From Nitrosopumilaceae archaeon (lineage in GTDB: Archaea; Thermoproteota; Nitrososphaeria; Nitrososphaerales; Nitrosopumilaceae): DNA of 32,000 nt. The stretch lies in contig JBBDNF010000019.1 in assembly GCA_040877685.1 (NCBI GenBank), positions 2,787 through 34,786 on the forward strand, written 5' to 3'. Positions 18,240 through 26,341 of the stretch are shown here, piece after piece. A model generated the notes under the pieces. The model was not told the DNA's origin and made no database searches. It saw only the letters and a list, made by a program, of their open reading frames with translations. Position numbers and translations under genes: made by a program. The stretch's first letter is position 1. The number at the start of each line of letters is the position of its first letter.

Positions 18240-18992
18240 TTGGCAGAAAAAGACACCAAGCAAAAATATGAACTAGCTTTTACGTATCTTAAAAACAAGC
18301 AAAGCATTTCTGCCTATAGCCTGTTTTTGGAGCTTGCAGGAAAAGAAGTTAAAAAGAATAGTTTTCGTGCAGGATTATTTTTTATGCTTGCAGCTGAATC
18401 CAAAGCTCAGCAAGGAAAGGATGGTAATGATGAGCTACTAAAAGCAGCTAAATTATATCTTGATCTTGCAAAAAAAGAAAAATCATACAACGCAAAACAA
18501 GCATATCTTTGTGCAACAAAATGTTTTCTGCGAGGAGGGCAATATGAAGACGCAAAGAGCGCGTTTGATAGAGCAAAAAAACTAGTTGTCAAGGTTGTGG
18601 AAGAAAAAAGACCAATAGTTGTTGTTGATGATAGCCCATCTATAGTAGTGAAACTAGAAAGTTACCTTAAGAAGCTGGGCTACAAGGACATTCATACTTT
18701 CAATACAGGTGCAGATGCGGTACATGCCTGCAAAAAATTAATAGAGTCATCACAAAACCCCATCATCCTGCTTGATATGGGTCTCCCTGATATGGCAGGT
18801 GATGTGGTAGCACGCCATCTGCTAGATTCAAAGCTTGACCTTTCTATTATTCTGATAACTGCAGACGAAAAAACCACGCAGAGGGTACAAAATACTATAA
18901 GCTGGGGAGCAACCGCCTTTATTCAAAAGCCATTTACTATCAATGAACTGCGACAAGCACTTGATATTGTTGAATCTGACGACGTCAGCTAA
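18240..18992 (+). CDS. Response regulator: N-terminal helical (TPR-like) domain plus C-terminal CheY-like receiver
   Basis: Receiver motifs VVVDDSPS, ILLDMGLPDMAG, ILITADE and FIQKPF. TTG start. No histidine kinase is adjacent. Confidence 0.85.
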   Translation: MAEKDTKQKYELAFTYLKNKQSISAYSLFLELAGKEVKKNSFRAGLFFMLAAESKAQQGKDGNDELLKAAKLYLDLAKKEKSYNAKQAYLCATKCFLRGGQYEDAKSAFDRAKKLVVKVVEEKRPIVVVDDSPSIVVKLESYLKKLGYKDIHTFNTGADAVHACKKLIESSQNPIILLDMGLPDMAGDVVARHLLDSKLDLSIILITADEKTTQRVQNTISWGATAFIQKPFTINELRQALDIVESDDVS

Positions 18993-19488
18993 GTAGTAAA
19001 AGCGACATATTTAGAAGGTTAATGTCATTCATGTGGATTTTATTTACCCTGTAATCTGAAATTTGTTCTGAGAATTTCTCAATTATTACTGATGTGGGGC
19101 TTTTGTGCACTTCTTCTAACTTCATAACTATGATCATGTTCCATTCACCATTGATTGTTGCAATAAAAAGATAGTTTGGCAGAGTCTTTACAAAATCCTT
19201 AATTGATTCTTGTATGGTGTCAAGTGATCTTGTAATTTTGAATTTTAAAAAAAGCACTTCAAACTCATCTGTGCTAGAGACATCACTTAGGACAGCCTTG
19301 TATCCTTTTATGATTCCGTTTTTTTCCAGCCGTTCTATTCTTTTTCGTATAGTCCTGTCCGATACATCAAGACCTGAATTTCTTAATTCCGTTGCAATCT
19401 CTTTTGATGGAGTTCGTGCATTTTTATTTAGAATTGCAATAATTTTTTGGTCTACCTTATCTAAGTTTGACCAATCGTCATTAGACAT
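18985..19488 (-). CDS. Lrp/AsnC-family transcriptional regulator
   Basis: DKVDQKIIAILNKNARTPSKEIATELRNSGLDVSDRTIRKRIERLEKNGIIKGYKAVL. The ORF-track version (to 19614) runs into the tRNA gene, so the Met at 19488 is taken as the start. Confidence 0.85.
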   Translation of the reverse strand: MSNDDWSNLDKVDQKIIAILNKNARTPSKEIATELRNSGLDVSDRTIRKRIERLEKNGIIKGYKAVLSDVSSTDEFEVLFLKFKITRSLDTIQESIKDFVKTLPNYLFIATINGEWNMIIVMKLEEVHKSPTSVIIEKFSEQISDYRVNKIHMNDINLLNMSLLLLS

Positions 19489-19528
19489 CGATTCTATACG
19501 GTTTGGAGCGCTTTTGAATTTTATGTTA

Positions 19529-19651
19529 TGGTCCCACGCGCAGGACTTGAACCTGCGACAACCCGGTTTCTGTAAGCCTGGTAGGCTGACATCAGTTAGC
19601 CAAGAGCCAACCACTACAGCCGGAAGCTCTACCAGGCTGAGCTAGCGTGGG
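19529..19651 (-). tRNA. tRNA-Tyr(GTA) with a 46-nt intron (19568..19613) at position 37/38 and a genomically encoded CCA
   Basis: Folded by hand on the minus strand. Acceptor CCCACGC/GCGTGGG (C1-G72, the archaeal Tyr identity pair). D arm GCTC-AGCCTGGTA-GAGC. Anticodon stem TCCGG/CCGGG. Loop CT-GTA-G[intron]A. T arm GCAGG-TTCAAGT-CCTGC. Discriminator A, then CCA (19529-19531). The intron has an internal helix TGGTTGGCT/AGCCTACCA, and its 3' end (CTTACAG) pairs with the anticodon region, giving a BHB-like structure. Confidence 0.85.
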
Positions 19652-19675
19652 ACTAGATTTCACGCTGTATTTTCG

Positions 19676-19685
19676 TATTAAATAA
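19676..19685 (-). promoter_or_regulatory. TATA box of tRNA-Tyr
   Basis: The minus strand reads ttatttaata at -25 to -34 from the tRNA 5' end. It lies in the 53-bp gap shared with the divergent integrase gene. Confidence 0.4.
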
Positions 19686-19704
19686 CTATCGAACGTAATA
19701 CTTT

Positions 19705-20988
19705 TTGATGGTAATATCTCAGTCCTTAAGTAACCTCGCTAAGCAGGATTTCCCGAAGATGCAGGTCCAGACTACACATAACAGGATTGAGAACTTTTTG
19801 GCAAAAAAGTTTCGCCTCTCTAGGAGCTATGCCACAAGGAAGAGCTATGAAACCGGATTAAACAAGTTCATAGAATTTGTAGGCAGCAAGTACGGTTTGA
19901 ATCTAGACAGCCTAGTCATACAGGCAAAGGAGATACACCAAGTCGACCCAATCCAGGTACTGGATGACTATTACAGCTACCTGTCATCTTACAAAATGGC
20001 TGGTTCAAAGGCATCTTACAGCAGAAGCACGATAAAGCACTACCTTACCGTAGCCAAGGAGTTTCTAAACAATGAAGGCTGCAGAATATACAACGAAGAT
20101 GTAAAGCAACGATTCAAGCTTCCACGAATCAGCTCAGTATACGAAAAGGGACTGACAAAGCAGATTATCAACAGGCTAATTCGACTTGCCAATCCAAAGC
20201 TTGCAACTGTTATTTTGATTGCGTGTTCAAGCGGTATGAGAATATCAGAGATTGTTCAGCTTAGATTATCTGATATTGATTTTGAAGCAAATCCAACCAC
20301 GATAACTATAAGATCAGAAACAACAAAGACACGCCAGACTCGAGTCACATGCCTCACATCAGAGGCAACACTTGCTCTCAAAGATTATCTGAAACAATAT
20401 CTTGGATGGAATGAAACTGACAAAGTTGACAGATATATCTTCTTGAACACTCATGAAGAAAAGATTTGCAACATTGAACGAAAGTTTGCAGAGAATGCTC
20501 ACAAAAATGCGCTCTTTAGAGGTCAAGACAAAAAACGACTCAAGTATCTGAGGCAGCAGTGTGAAACACTAGACAGAGAGGAGCTTTATTCACGAAGTGT
20601 AATTACAGCTAGAAACTCACTTGAGAATCAGCTAAGAAAGGTCATAGAATCGATACCTGAGCTTGGCATTAAAAACGAAAATAGTAGAAACTCGATTCAC
20701 TTTCATGCCTTCCGAGCTTGGTTTAAGACACAGGTTACTGACGCACACCAGTCTGACTTTGCGGAAGCATTGATGGGCCATACTAGCTTGAAACTCGTCT
20801 ATTATAGGCAAAATGAAAAAGCTCGCGCTGAAACATTTCTTGGAGTTGAACATGCACTTACTATTTCAGATACAGAAAAAATTGATAGAAACTATTCGGA
20901 GCTGCAAAGAGACAATCTTGAGCTAAGAGGAATTGTAGATAATCTATCAAGGCAATTAAGAAATCTTGAAAGAAAAATCATGAATTAA
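19705..20988 (+). CDS. int: Tyrosine recombinase / integrase
   Basis: Catalytic signature: Arg in ACSSGMRISEIVQL, H-x-x-R in IHFHAFRAWF, then GHTSLKLVYYRQ (His plus nucleophile Tyr). N-terminal SAM-like core-binding region and C-terminal coiled coil. TTG at 19705 or ATG at 19708. Confidence 0.88.
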   Translation: MMVISQSLSNLAKQDFPKMQVQTTHNRIENFLAKKFRLSRSYATRKSYETGLNKFIEFVGSKYGLNLDSLVIQAKEIHQVDPIQVLDDYYSYLSSYKMAGSKASYSRSTIKHYLTVAKEFLNNEGCRIYNEDVKQRFKLPRISSVYEKGLTKQIINRLIRLANPKLATVILIACSSGMRISEIVQLRLSDIDFEANPTTITIRSETTKTRQTRVTCLTSEATLALKDYLKQYLGWNETDKVDRYIFLNTHEEKICNIERKFAENAHKNALFRGQDKKRLKYLRQQCETLDREELYSRSVITARNSLENQLRKVIESIPELGIKNENSRNSIHFHAFRAWFKTQVTDAHQSDFAEALMGHTSLKLVYYRQNEKARAETFLGVEHALTISDTEKIDRNYSELQRDNLELRGIVDNLSRQLRNLERKIMN

Positions 20989-22104
20989 TTATTTTTCTAA
21001 GCCTTTTGCTTTTTTAATATAATTAGTAATTTCAAATAAATATTTGTCAATCTTATTTACTTGGTCAAATGAATAATTATATTTGTAATACGCCTCTTTG
21101 TATTTTGACTTCAAAATAAATTTCTCACCTTCCTTTTGGGTGGTTTCTGCATCTTTAAGATATTTTTTGACCCACCATAGAGCTGTCCACGCCTTCTCAT
21201 GCTCTTCTTTGGCTTTTTCATTCTTGAAGTTTACAGAATAAATTAGCTCTTGTGCTGTGTAAACTCCTGTTTTAATTGAGTCAATTTTTGAATTAACTGT
21301 AGACTGTTTTTTCAAAGTCTCCTTTTTATAATCAAATGATGTTTTTTGCTTGGTTTTTTCTGTTGATTCCTTCTTCTTTTCCGTTGTTTTCTTACTTTTT
21401 TCTACAATTGATTCTATCGTAAATTTCTTTTGTGGTGGTTTGGCATTGTATGCTTCATCGGAGATATTCATTACACTATAACTATAGCTACTGCCTTGTA
21501 GCTTTGCAAATATGGGAGGACAGTGAGGATCCCTATAATCCCCATCTTCACAATACGTATAGTAGATATTCTGATTATAGTGTACCCAGCCTTCAAAAAT
21601 TTCTCGCTCAAATCCTAAATAGTATAGAGCAAAATGTGAGAGCTCATGTGATAGTACCCATACAGGATCTCCATAATCAAAAGAAGGACAATCACATACC
21701 TCTATCCTTAATGGATCTTTTTTGTCACCATTGACCCAAGTAAAAAAGCCCCCAATATTATTTTCATGTAGAATCTCTCTGCCAAGACTTTTTGAATATA
21801 CCACTATGAGAATGTCAACATATGGGGGCGTGCTATACGATTCAAACTTTTTCTCTGATATACATAATGGTTCATAATAGAAGTGTTGGAGTCCATATGC
21901 AGAAAGATAAAGTGTAGTAATTTCGTTGTATTTGTTTGTAATTTGTATGTCGTAATTGTAACAGGATTTGTTGTGTGTTACGTAGACCATTTGATATGTT
22001 AATGTATCTGATGCAGAGTGTGTTGCATCTACTTGAGCTCTTGTACTTACTGAGAACAGTAGAATAATTATTAAAATTCCAGCCTTGGTAAGGCTAGTTT
22101 TCAT
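20989..22104 (-). CDS. Secreted protein with an HExxH (HELSH) zinc-metallopeptidase-like motif and a Lys-rich coiled-coil C-terminal half
   Basis: Signal peptide MKTSLTKAGILIIILLFSVSTRAQV. HELSH at aa 153-157 (nt 21634..21648). Several Cys residues. C-terminal KKTTEKKKESTEKTKQK low-complexity and helical region. Its stop codon abuts the integrase stop (TAATTA). Confidence 0.65.
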   Translation of the reverse strand: MKTSLTKAGILIIILLFSVSTRAQVDATHSASDTLTYQMVYVTHNKSCYNYDIQITNKYNEITTLYLSAYGLQHFYYEPLCISEKKFESYSTPPYVDILIVVYSKSLGREILHENNIGGFFTWVNGDKKDPLRIEVCDCPSFDYGDPVWVLSHELSHFALYYLGFEREIFEGWVHYNQNIYYTYCEDGDYRDPHCPPIFAKLQGSSYSYSVMNISDEAYNAKPPQKKFTIESIVEKSKKTTEKKKESTEKTKQKTSFDYKKETLKKQSTVNSKIDSIKTGVYTAQELIYSVNFKNEKAKEEHEKAWTALWWVKKYLKDAETTQKEGEKFILKSKYKEAYYKYNYSFDQVNKIDKYLFEITNYIKKAKGLEK

Positions 22105-22178
22105 GAACTGATATTCTACGGAATTTTAAATAAACCTGATCTTATTTTTTTGAACATTATGACGGTTTTTTACAATAT

Positions 22179-22478
22179 CTAGGCAATAATCCTAATATTC
22201 TTAGCCTTTGGTAAAGGTTCACATTTTTTGAAATACTGTCCATTTACTATAGCATATTCACTTTCTGTTTTGATACTGTGATTTAATTCTGGGATGATAT
22301 TCACTTTGACCGTGAAATTCTTGCTTGCGTCAGTAGAATTAGGGTTCATATTAGTTTGTTTTAGCGAGTCTTCAAGCAAGCTTCGAATCTTCTCACTTAC
22401 AGAGCAGTTTGATTTACCACATGATTCTAGTAACTGTTGGTATACCTGTGAATCTACCTTTGTACTTACGGTTTTCAT
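22179..22478 (-). CDS. Ribbon-helix-helix (CopG/Arc-like) protein with a C-terminal extension (RHH-1)
   Basis: N-terminus MKTVSTKVDSQVYQQLLESCGKSNCSVSEKIRSLLEDSL fits a strand-helix-helix pattern. It is paralogous to the RHH ORFs at 29883..30041 and 30946..31119. Confidence 0.6.
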   Translation of the reverse strand: MKTVSTKVDSQVYQQLLESCGKSNCSVSEKIRSLLEDSLKQTNMNPNSTDASKNFTVKVNIIPELNHSIKTESEYAIVNGQYFKKCEPLPKAKNIRIIA

Positions 22479-22528
22479 GTATAGTTTACCTGAAGTTTAC
22501 TAAGATCTAAAGTTTGTGATATCTCAAG
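22463..22528. repeat. Left copy of an imperfect direct repeat flanking the 310-aa ORFan
   Basis: Shares ACTTACGGTTT (11/11), ATAGTTTAC (9/9), GATCTAAA and GTTGTG/GTTTGTG...TCAAG with 23517..23560, in the same order. About 75-80% identity by eye. Confidence 0.5.
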
Positions 22529-22564
22529 AAAACCATGAATAGTAAATCTAACTATTTATTTTGA

Positions 22565-23497
22565 ATGGAATCTAAAAAAACAGAAGGTAAATTTGAGTTA
22601 GGAAAATGGACAGGCGGACCAGTAGGTCTTGCACAATTCTCCACATTTAAAATTGATACCACACCTGGTAATGCATTAGTAATAGAATATGATTTTCCTT
22701 GGGGAAGGGGTGATAGTTCAAACAAAGATTCTGCATTAGTACGTCCTTTTAGGAAAATACTTAGAGATGGTAAAGATCCAGGCAAAATAAATTATCTTTT
22801 TCATACAGATAATGACAAATATTATGTGTTAGGGTCTTTTGCTTATACTAATAATCATATTATTTTTTTTCCAGCTTTTGTTGACAGAACAATCGTAAAT
22901 TTTTATGAGACACAATTTATTGAGCAAGGAATACAACTCCATGTTGATCATTTCACGTTGGAAAATAACCTCCGTACTTGGCATGTTACTTTTGATGAAA
23001 AACAGGAACAAAAGACAAGAGTAAGAAAACTGAACACCAAAAATATTGATGAATATAATTTTTTATGGTTTATTTTAAGAATAAAATCATTAAGTGCTAT
23101 AGAGTTTGCGCCACAAAGACAAATTATGTTGCTGGAATCTACAAAGAGCGAAGTGATAAGACGTGCACCAATCATTAATAAGGCAAGGGAAAATGCTGTT
23201 TTTCAAGCCACAAAATTAGATGATAACTTGACGGAGGAATATTTCTGGCAATTCGAGTTTTTTGTTAATACCACACAGGATAGAAAAAATATTCCAAAAG
23301 TGCCAGTCACTGTGCAAGGAAACATAGATGCTGACATAAAAGATGCCAGAAAACAGGCTCATATTAGAATTCATCAAGTATTTCTGGATGGATTTAATGG
23401 TTGTATTATTATTAGAGTCTCAAAGATAATTGGAACTATTAAAACTCCAATACAATTCATAAGTGGACATGAGATCCAATACACCACGCCATCTTAA
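22565..23497 (+). CDS. Hypothetical protein (ORFan, 310 aa)
   Basis: Long ORF with no competing frame. No motif recognised. Bracketed by an imperfect direct repeat. Confidence 0.6.
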   Translation: MESKKTEGKFELGKWTGGPVGLAQFSTFKIDTTPGNALVIEYDFPWGRGDSSNKDSALVRPFRKILRDGKDPGKINYLFHTDNDKYYVLGSFAYTNNHIIFFPAFVDRTIVNFYETQFIEQGIQLHVDHFTLENNLRTWHVTFDEKQEQKTRVRKLNTKNIDEYNFLWFILRIKSLSAIEFAPQRQIMLLESTKSEVIRRAPIINKARENAVFQATKLDDNLTEEYFWQFEFFVNTTQDRKNIPKVPVTVQGNIDADIKDARKQAHIRIHQVFLDGFNGCIIIRVSKIIGTIKTPIQFISGHEIQYTTPS

Positions 23498-23516
23498 TTG
23501 TCAAAAGACATAGGTC

Positions 23517-23560
23517 ATAGTTTACTTACGGTTTACCATGATCTAAAAGTTGTGTTTCAA
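23517..23560. repeat. Right copy of the imperfect direct repeat flanking the 310-aa ORFan
   Basis: See the left copy. Sequence is catagtttacttacggtttaccatgatctaaaagttgtgtttcaag. Confidence 0.5.
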
Positions 23561-23699
23561 GGGTTCAAGTATTGCACTAAAGTTTGAAAAAAGTAACCAC
23601 TTTTCTTGTATAAAATTAACAAATTAAAATAAAACTTTACTCTGTGAGGACACAAAAATCACTATAACATAAAATTACTTCGTGGCTATGGCTTTTAGA

Positions 23700-24653
23700 T
23701 TATCTACAGAATCCAGCTGCCTGCAATTCTACAGTTTTTGTTGAAAATATCGAATAAGTATTTGACATCACAATATAGTATGTTCCTGGATTAAGAGTGA
23801 GATCAAATGTGTCATATCCTACTTTTCCACTATTATAGTATGTAGACGCACTTTCTCCCCTATCAAATAGATTGAATTGATTTTCATCAAGAATATACAC
23901 AATTATGTCATCTCCAAGGGCAGCACGTGCAGAAAATCCACCTTGTATTGTTGCTGTACATTGTAATGTAAAGTAGATAGAGGTATACGTGCCTGGTTCT
24001 ACTCTGTAAACAGAATCTACAATAGTTTCTCCTGAAAGTTGAAGATCTAATTTGCTTTGTTTTTGCTGATTTTTTTGGATTTCCTTGTTTAGTCGACTTT
24101 TAATTTCATCGACAATAGAAACTTGTTTTGTAGATTCAAATGGAATTGGAATGGTTAAGCCTAATAATTTAAAATATGCAGTACCGCTTACATGGAGATT
24201 AATTATTCCACCTGTATCAATTATAGATACAACAGCTGGGCTCAAACTGCTTTTTTGGAAATTTTGTAAAACTGAAATTTCTCTAGTTTCTCCAGGATTG
24301 ATTGTAGTGTCGATAGTACTATAACCACTGCCTACGGGTATGCCATTAATTGAAAGATCATATGACAAATCAGGAATGTATACTGGTAAAACTCCATAAT
24401 TGCTTAATCCAAAAATTAGATTCAGATTAATTCCATCAATTAAGTCAAATGCTGCACCAAGCCAATTGCCTGTCAAGAGGTTTAGTCCTAACTTGAGAAG
24501 GGTTGACCATGAAAAAGATGCCCAATCTATGCTATGAAAAGATACATCGTTTAGACTGACATGAATTTGAGTATAAGAATAAGCAACAAGTCCCAAAACA
24601 ATGACGATTATACCAATGATAACAGATATTGCTGCAACTATTGGTTTTCTCAC
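23700..24653 (-). CDS. Membrane-anchored protein with a LEA_2 (LEA14/NDR1-like) domain and a C-terminal beta-rich domain
   Basis: N-terminal TM IVAAISVIIGIIVIVLGLVAY. LEA_2-like pattern IHVSLNDVSF...LIFGLSNYGVLPVYIPDLSYDLSINGIPVGSG...INPGETREI. Family call is tentative. Confidence 0.6.
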   Translation of the reverse strand: MRKPIVAAISVIIGIIVIVLGLVAYSYTQIHVSLNDVSFHSIDWASFSWSTLLKLGLNLLTGNWLGAAFDLIDGINLNLIFGLSNYGVLPVYIPDLSYDLSINGIPVGSGYSTIDTTINPGETREISVLQNFQKSSLSPAVVSIIDTGGIINLHVSGTAYFKLLGLTIPIPFESTKQVSIVDEIKSRLNKEIQKNQQKQSKLDLQLSGETIVDSVYRVEPGTYTSIYFTLQCTATIQGGFSARAALGDDIIVYILDENQFNLFDRGESASTYYNSGKVGYDTFDLTLNPGTYYIVMSNTYSIFSTKTVELQAAGFCR

Positions 24654-24961
24654 AAATATTTGGCAATGTATAAGTTTATGAGTTTTTCAAGGATTATTTG
24701 ATTAGTTTGTTCGCGAAAATCTGCAACTGGTCGTAAAGTATTTTGTTTAAAGTGCATTTTAGTAAATATGATTCAAAACAAAATTCTGGAATTAAGAAAA
24801 CAACTCAGGAAATGCCAGATTGAACTAGTACAAAATTTCGGTACGTGGGAAGTAAAACGAAAAGAGGACGAATCTAGTGGTTCTTACACCGCTCCACAAT
24901 ACCTGATTATCACGATCCAAGTTAAGTAAGAGATTAAGGTATAATATTACGGCAAAAGGAG

Positions 24962-25564
24962 TTGAACGAGCCAAAATGTTACCGATGTGGGAAACCAATA
25001 AGCTTTGATTCTAAAATAAAATCCAAAACAGGAAAATTCATTCCTTTAGATCCTAATACAAACACTCCCCATAATTGTTCAGAATTGGCTTTTGATTCTA
25101 ATATTCCATCAAAACCAAAGCAAACCATTAAGAAGGGAGTTCCCATTGCAATAGCTTCGGTTTTAGTCATAATCATTGTAATTGCAGGCATTGGATTTCT
25201 TACCAATTCAGATAATATTCAAAATAAAAACAATATTCCAATATCAAATTATAATTCTGATAATGCACAATACTTTACAGGCAAAGTAACTGGAATCATA
25301 GATGGTGACACCATTAAAGTTGATGGTAAATCCGTTAGACTGGCTTTGGCTTCTACTCCAGAACTAAACCAACCTATGGGTCAAGCAGCAAAAAAGTATA
25401 TTCAAGAAATATGCCCTATAGGCTCAACAGTTACTGTTGATGAAGATAATGGCCAAACACAAGGTAGCTATGGTAGAATTGTTGCAAAGGTTACATGTAA
25501 TGGTGTGAATCTAAATCAAGCAATTATTGAAAAACTCATATTTAATGATCGAAATATTTTATGA
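24962..25564 (+). CDS. Zn-finger / TM / staphylococcal-nuclease-like (SNase) protein
   Basis: N-terminal CYRCGK...HNC, TM at aa 59-80, then an SNase core IIDGDTIKVDGKSVRLALASTPE...SYGRIVAKV...NLNQAIIE. Ser replaces the Ca-ligand Asp of the DTPE motif. The C-terminal helices look truncated. TTG start. Confidence 0.7.
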   Translation: MNEPKCYRCGKPISFDSKIKSKTGKFIPLDPNTNTPHNCSELAFDSNIPSKPKQTIKKGVPIAIASVLVIIIVIAGIGFLTNSDNIQNKNNIPISNYNSDNAQYFTGKVTGIIDGDTIKVDGKSVRLALASTPELNQPMGQAAKKYIQEICPIGSTVTVDEDNGQTQGSYGRIVAKVTCNGVNLNQAIIEKLIFNDRNIL

Positions 25565-25634
25565 AATTATGTTTGAAACAACTTTTTGTAACATTAAAAC
25601 TAATCTTAAATAATTGTAGAGATTTAATGATTCA

Positions 25635-25973
25635 ATGAAAAAAATGATAATTATAATATCATTGACTATCATAATAGCTGCAATTACTACTTCAACATTT
25701 GCAAGTGCTGCATCTGGAAAACCTGCACATATACTTGGGTTTTATCAAGTGACAAACTCTGTTACTTTATCTAGTAATGGAAATGTTGAGATGGTTTGTA
25801 ATGATAACGATATTGTAACTGGCGGGGGATTTTCAACTTCCGGTGGTCCTTATCAAAATGTACAGCGTAATGGGCCATCTTCAGATAGCTCTTGGATTGT
25901 AGCCATAACTATAGGTCCGGATCAAGGTCCGATAACTCTTAATGGATGGGCTATCTGTACGAATGTTCGATAA
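25635..25973 (+). CDS. Small secreted protein (112 aa), hypothetical
   Basis: Signal peptide MKKMIIIISLTIIIAAITTSTFASAAS, a Cys pair (MVCNDND...WAICTN) and a GGGF motif. Confidence 0.6.
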   Translation: MKKMIIIISLTIIIAAITTSTFASAASGKPAHILGFYQVTNSVTLSSNGNVEMVCNDNDIVTGGGFSTSGGPYQNVQRNGPSSDSSWIVAITIGPDQGPITLNGWAICTNVR

Positions 25974-26341
25974 AGATACTCCACTAAACTTTTTTGTTTT
26001 TCCAAACAATACTCTACTACTCCCACTATACATAAAAAGTTGGCAAATACTTAGACCTAAATACATTCTATCTTTTATGGAGAATAATAGTGACCACAGA
26101 AAAAAATATGAAGCATTTTATCAAATGCAAATTCTATAATGAAAATAACGTCTATTAATGGAACTCCATCAGGGTTTATTTTTAAAAAAAAATAGGTTTC
26201 AATTATTCAATGAAAAAATTTTACCGCCAGGTAAGAGTTGAGGTAAAAAGATTTGACACTTTTCTAATTATTAGACATGAAATTATAGATGTAATATAAT
26301 TCTAGAATTAAGCTAATCTAACATATCTGGAGATAATTGAA

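Noticed and set aside
19448-19456. Extra perfect copy of TGGTCTACC (the RHH-2 operator-like 9-mer) inside the Lrp/AsnC gene, and GGTATACC/ATCTACC near the RHH-1 start (22438..22458)
   Set aside because: A single 9-mer hit on either strand of 32 kb has a chance expectation of roughly 0.2. It lies in coding sequence (KVDQK), and the RHH-1 variants are imperfect and oppositely oriented.
18985-19614. 209-aa version of the Lrp/AsnC ORF, and the antisense 143-aa ORF 19214..19645
   Set aside because: The N-terminal 42 codons run through the tRNA-Tyr gene. The Lrp HTH begins right after the internal Met at 19488. The plus-strand ORF is antisense to both.
19681-19692. 12-bp AATAACTATCGA also present at 31634..31645, considered as attL/attR of an 11.9 kb element
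   Set aside because: The placement is attractive: one copy just upstream of the integrase and one just after the last Zn-ribbon gene. However, a 12-mer match is expected by chance many times in a 32 kb AT-rich window, and flanking bases do not extend the match. It is kept only as a hypothesis to test against an empty site.
24768-24929. 53-aa plus-strand ORF (MIQNKILELRKQLRKCQIELVQNFGTWEVKRKEDESSG...) in the gap before the SNase gene
   Set aside because: It is possibly real (helical, upstream of and on the same strand as the nuclease gene). It has no motif and no conservation evidence is available, so it is not called as a feature.
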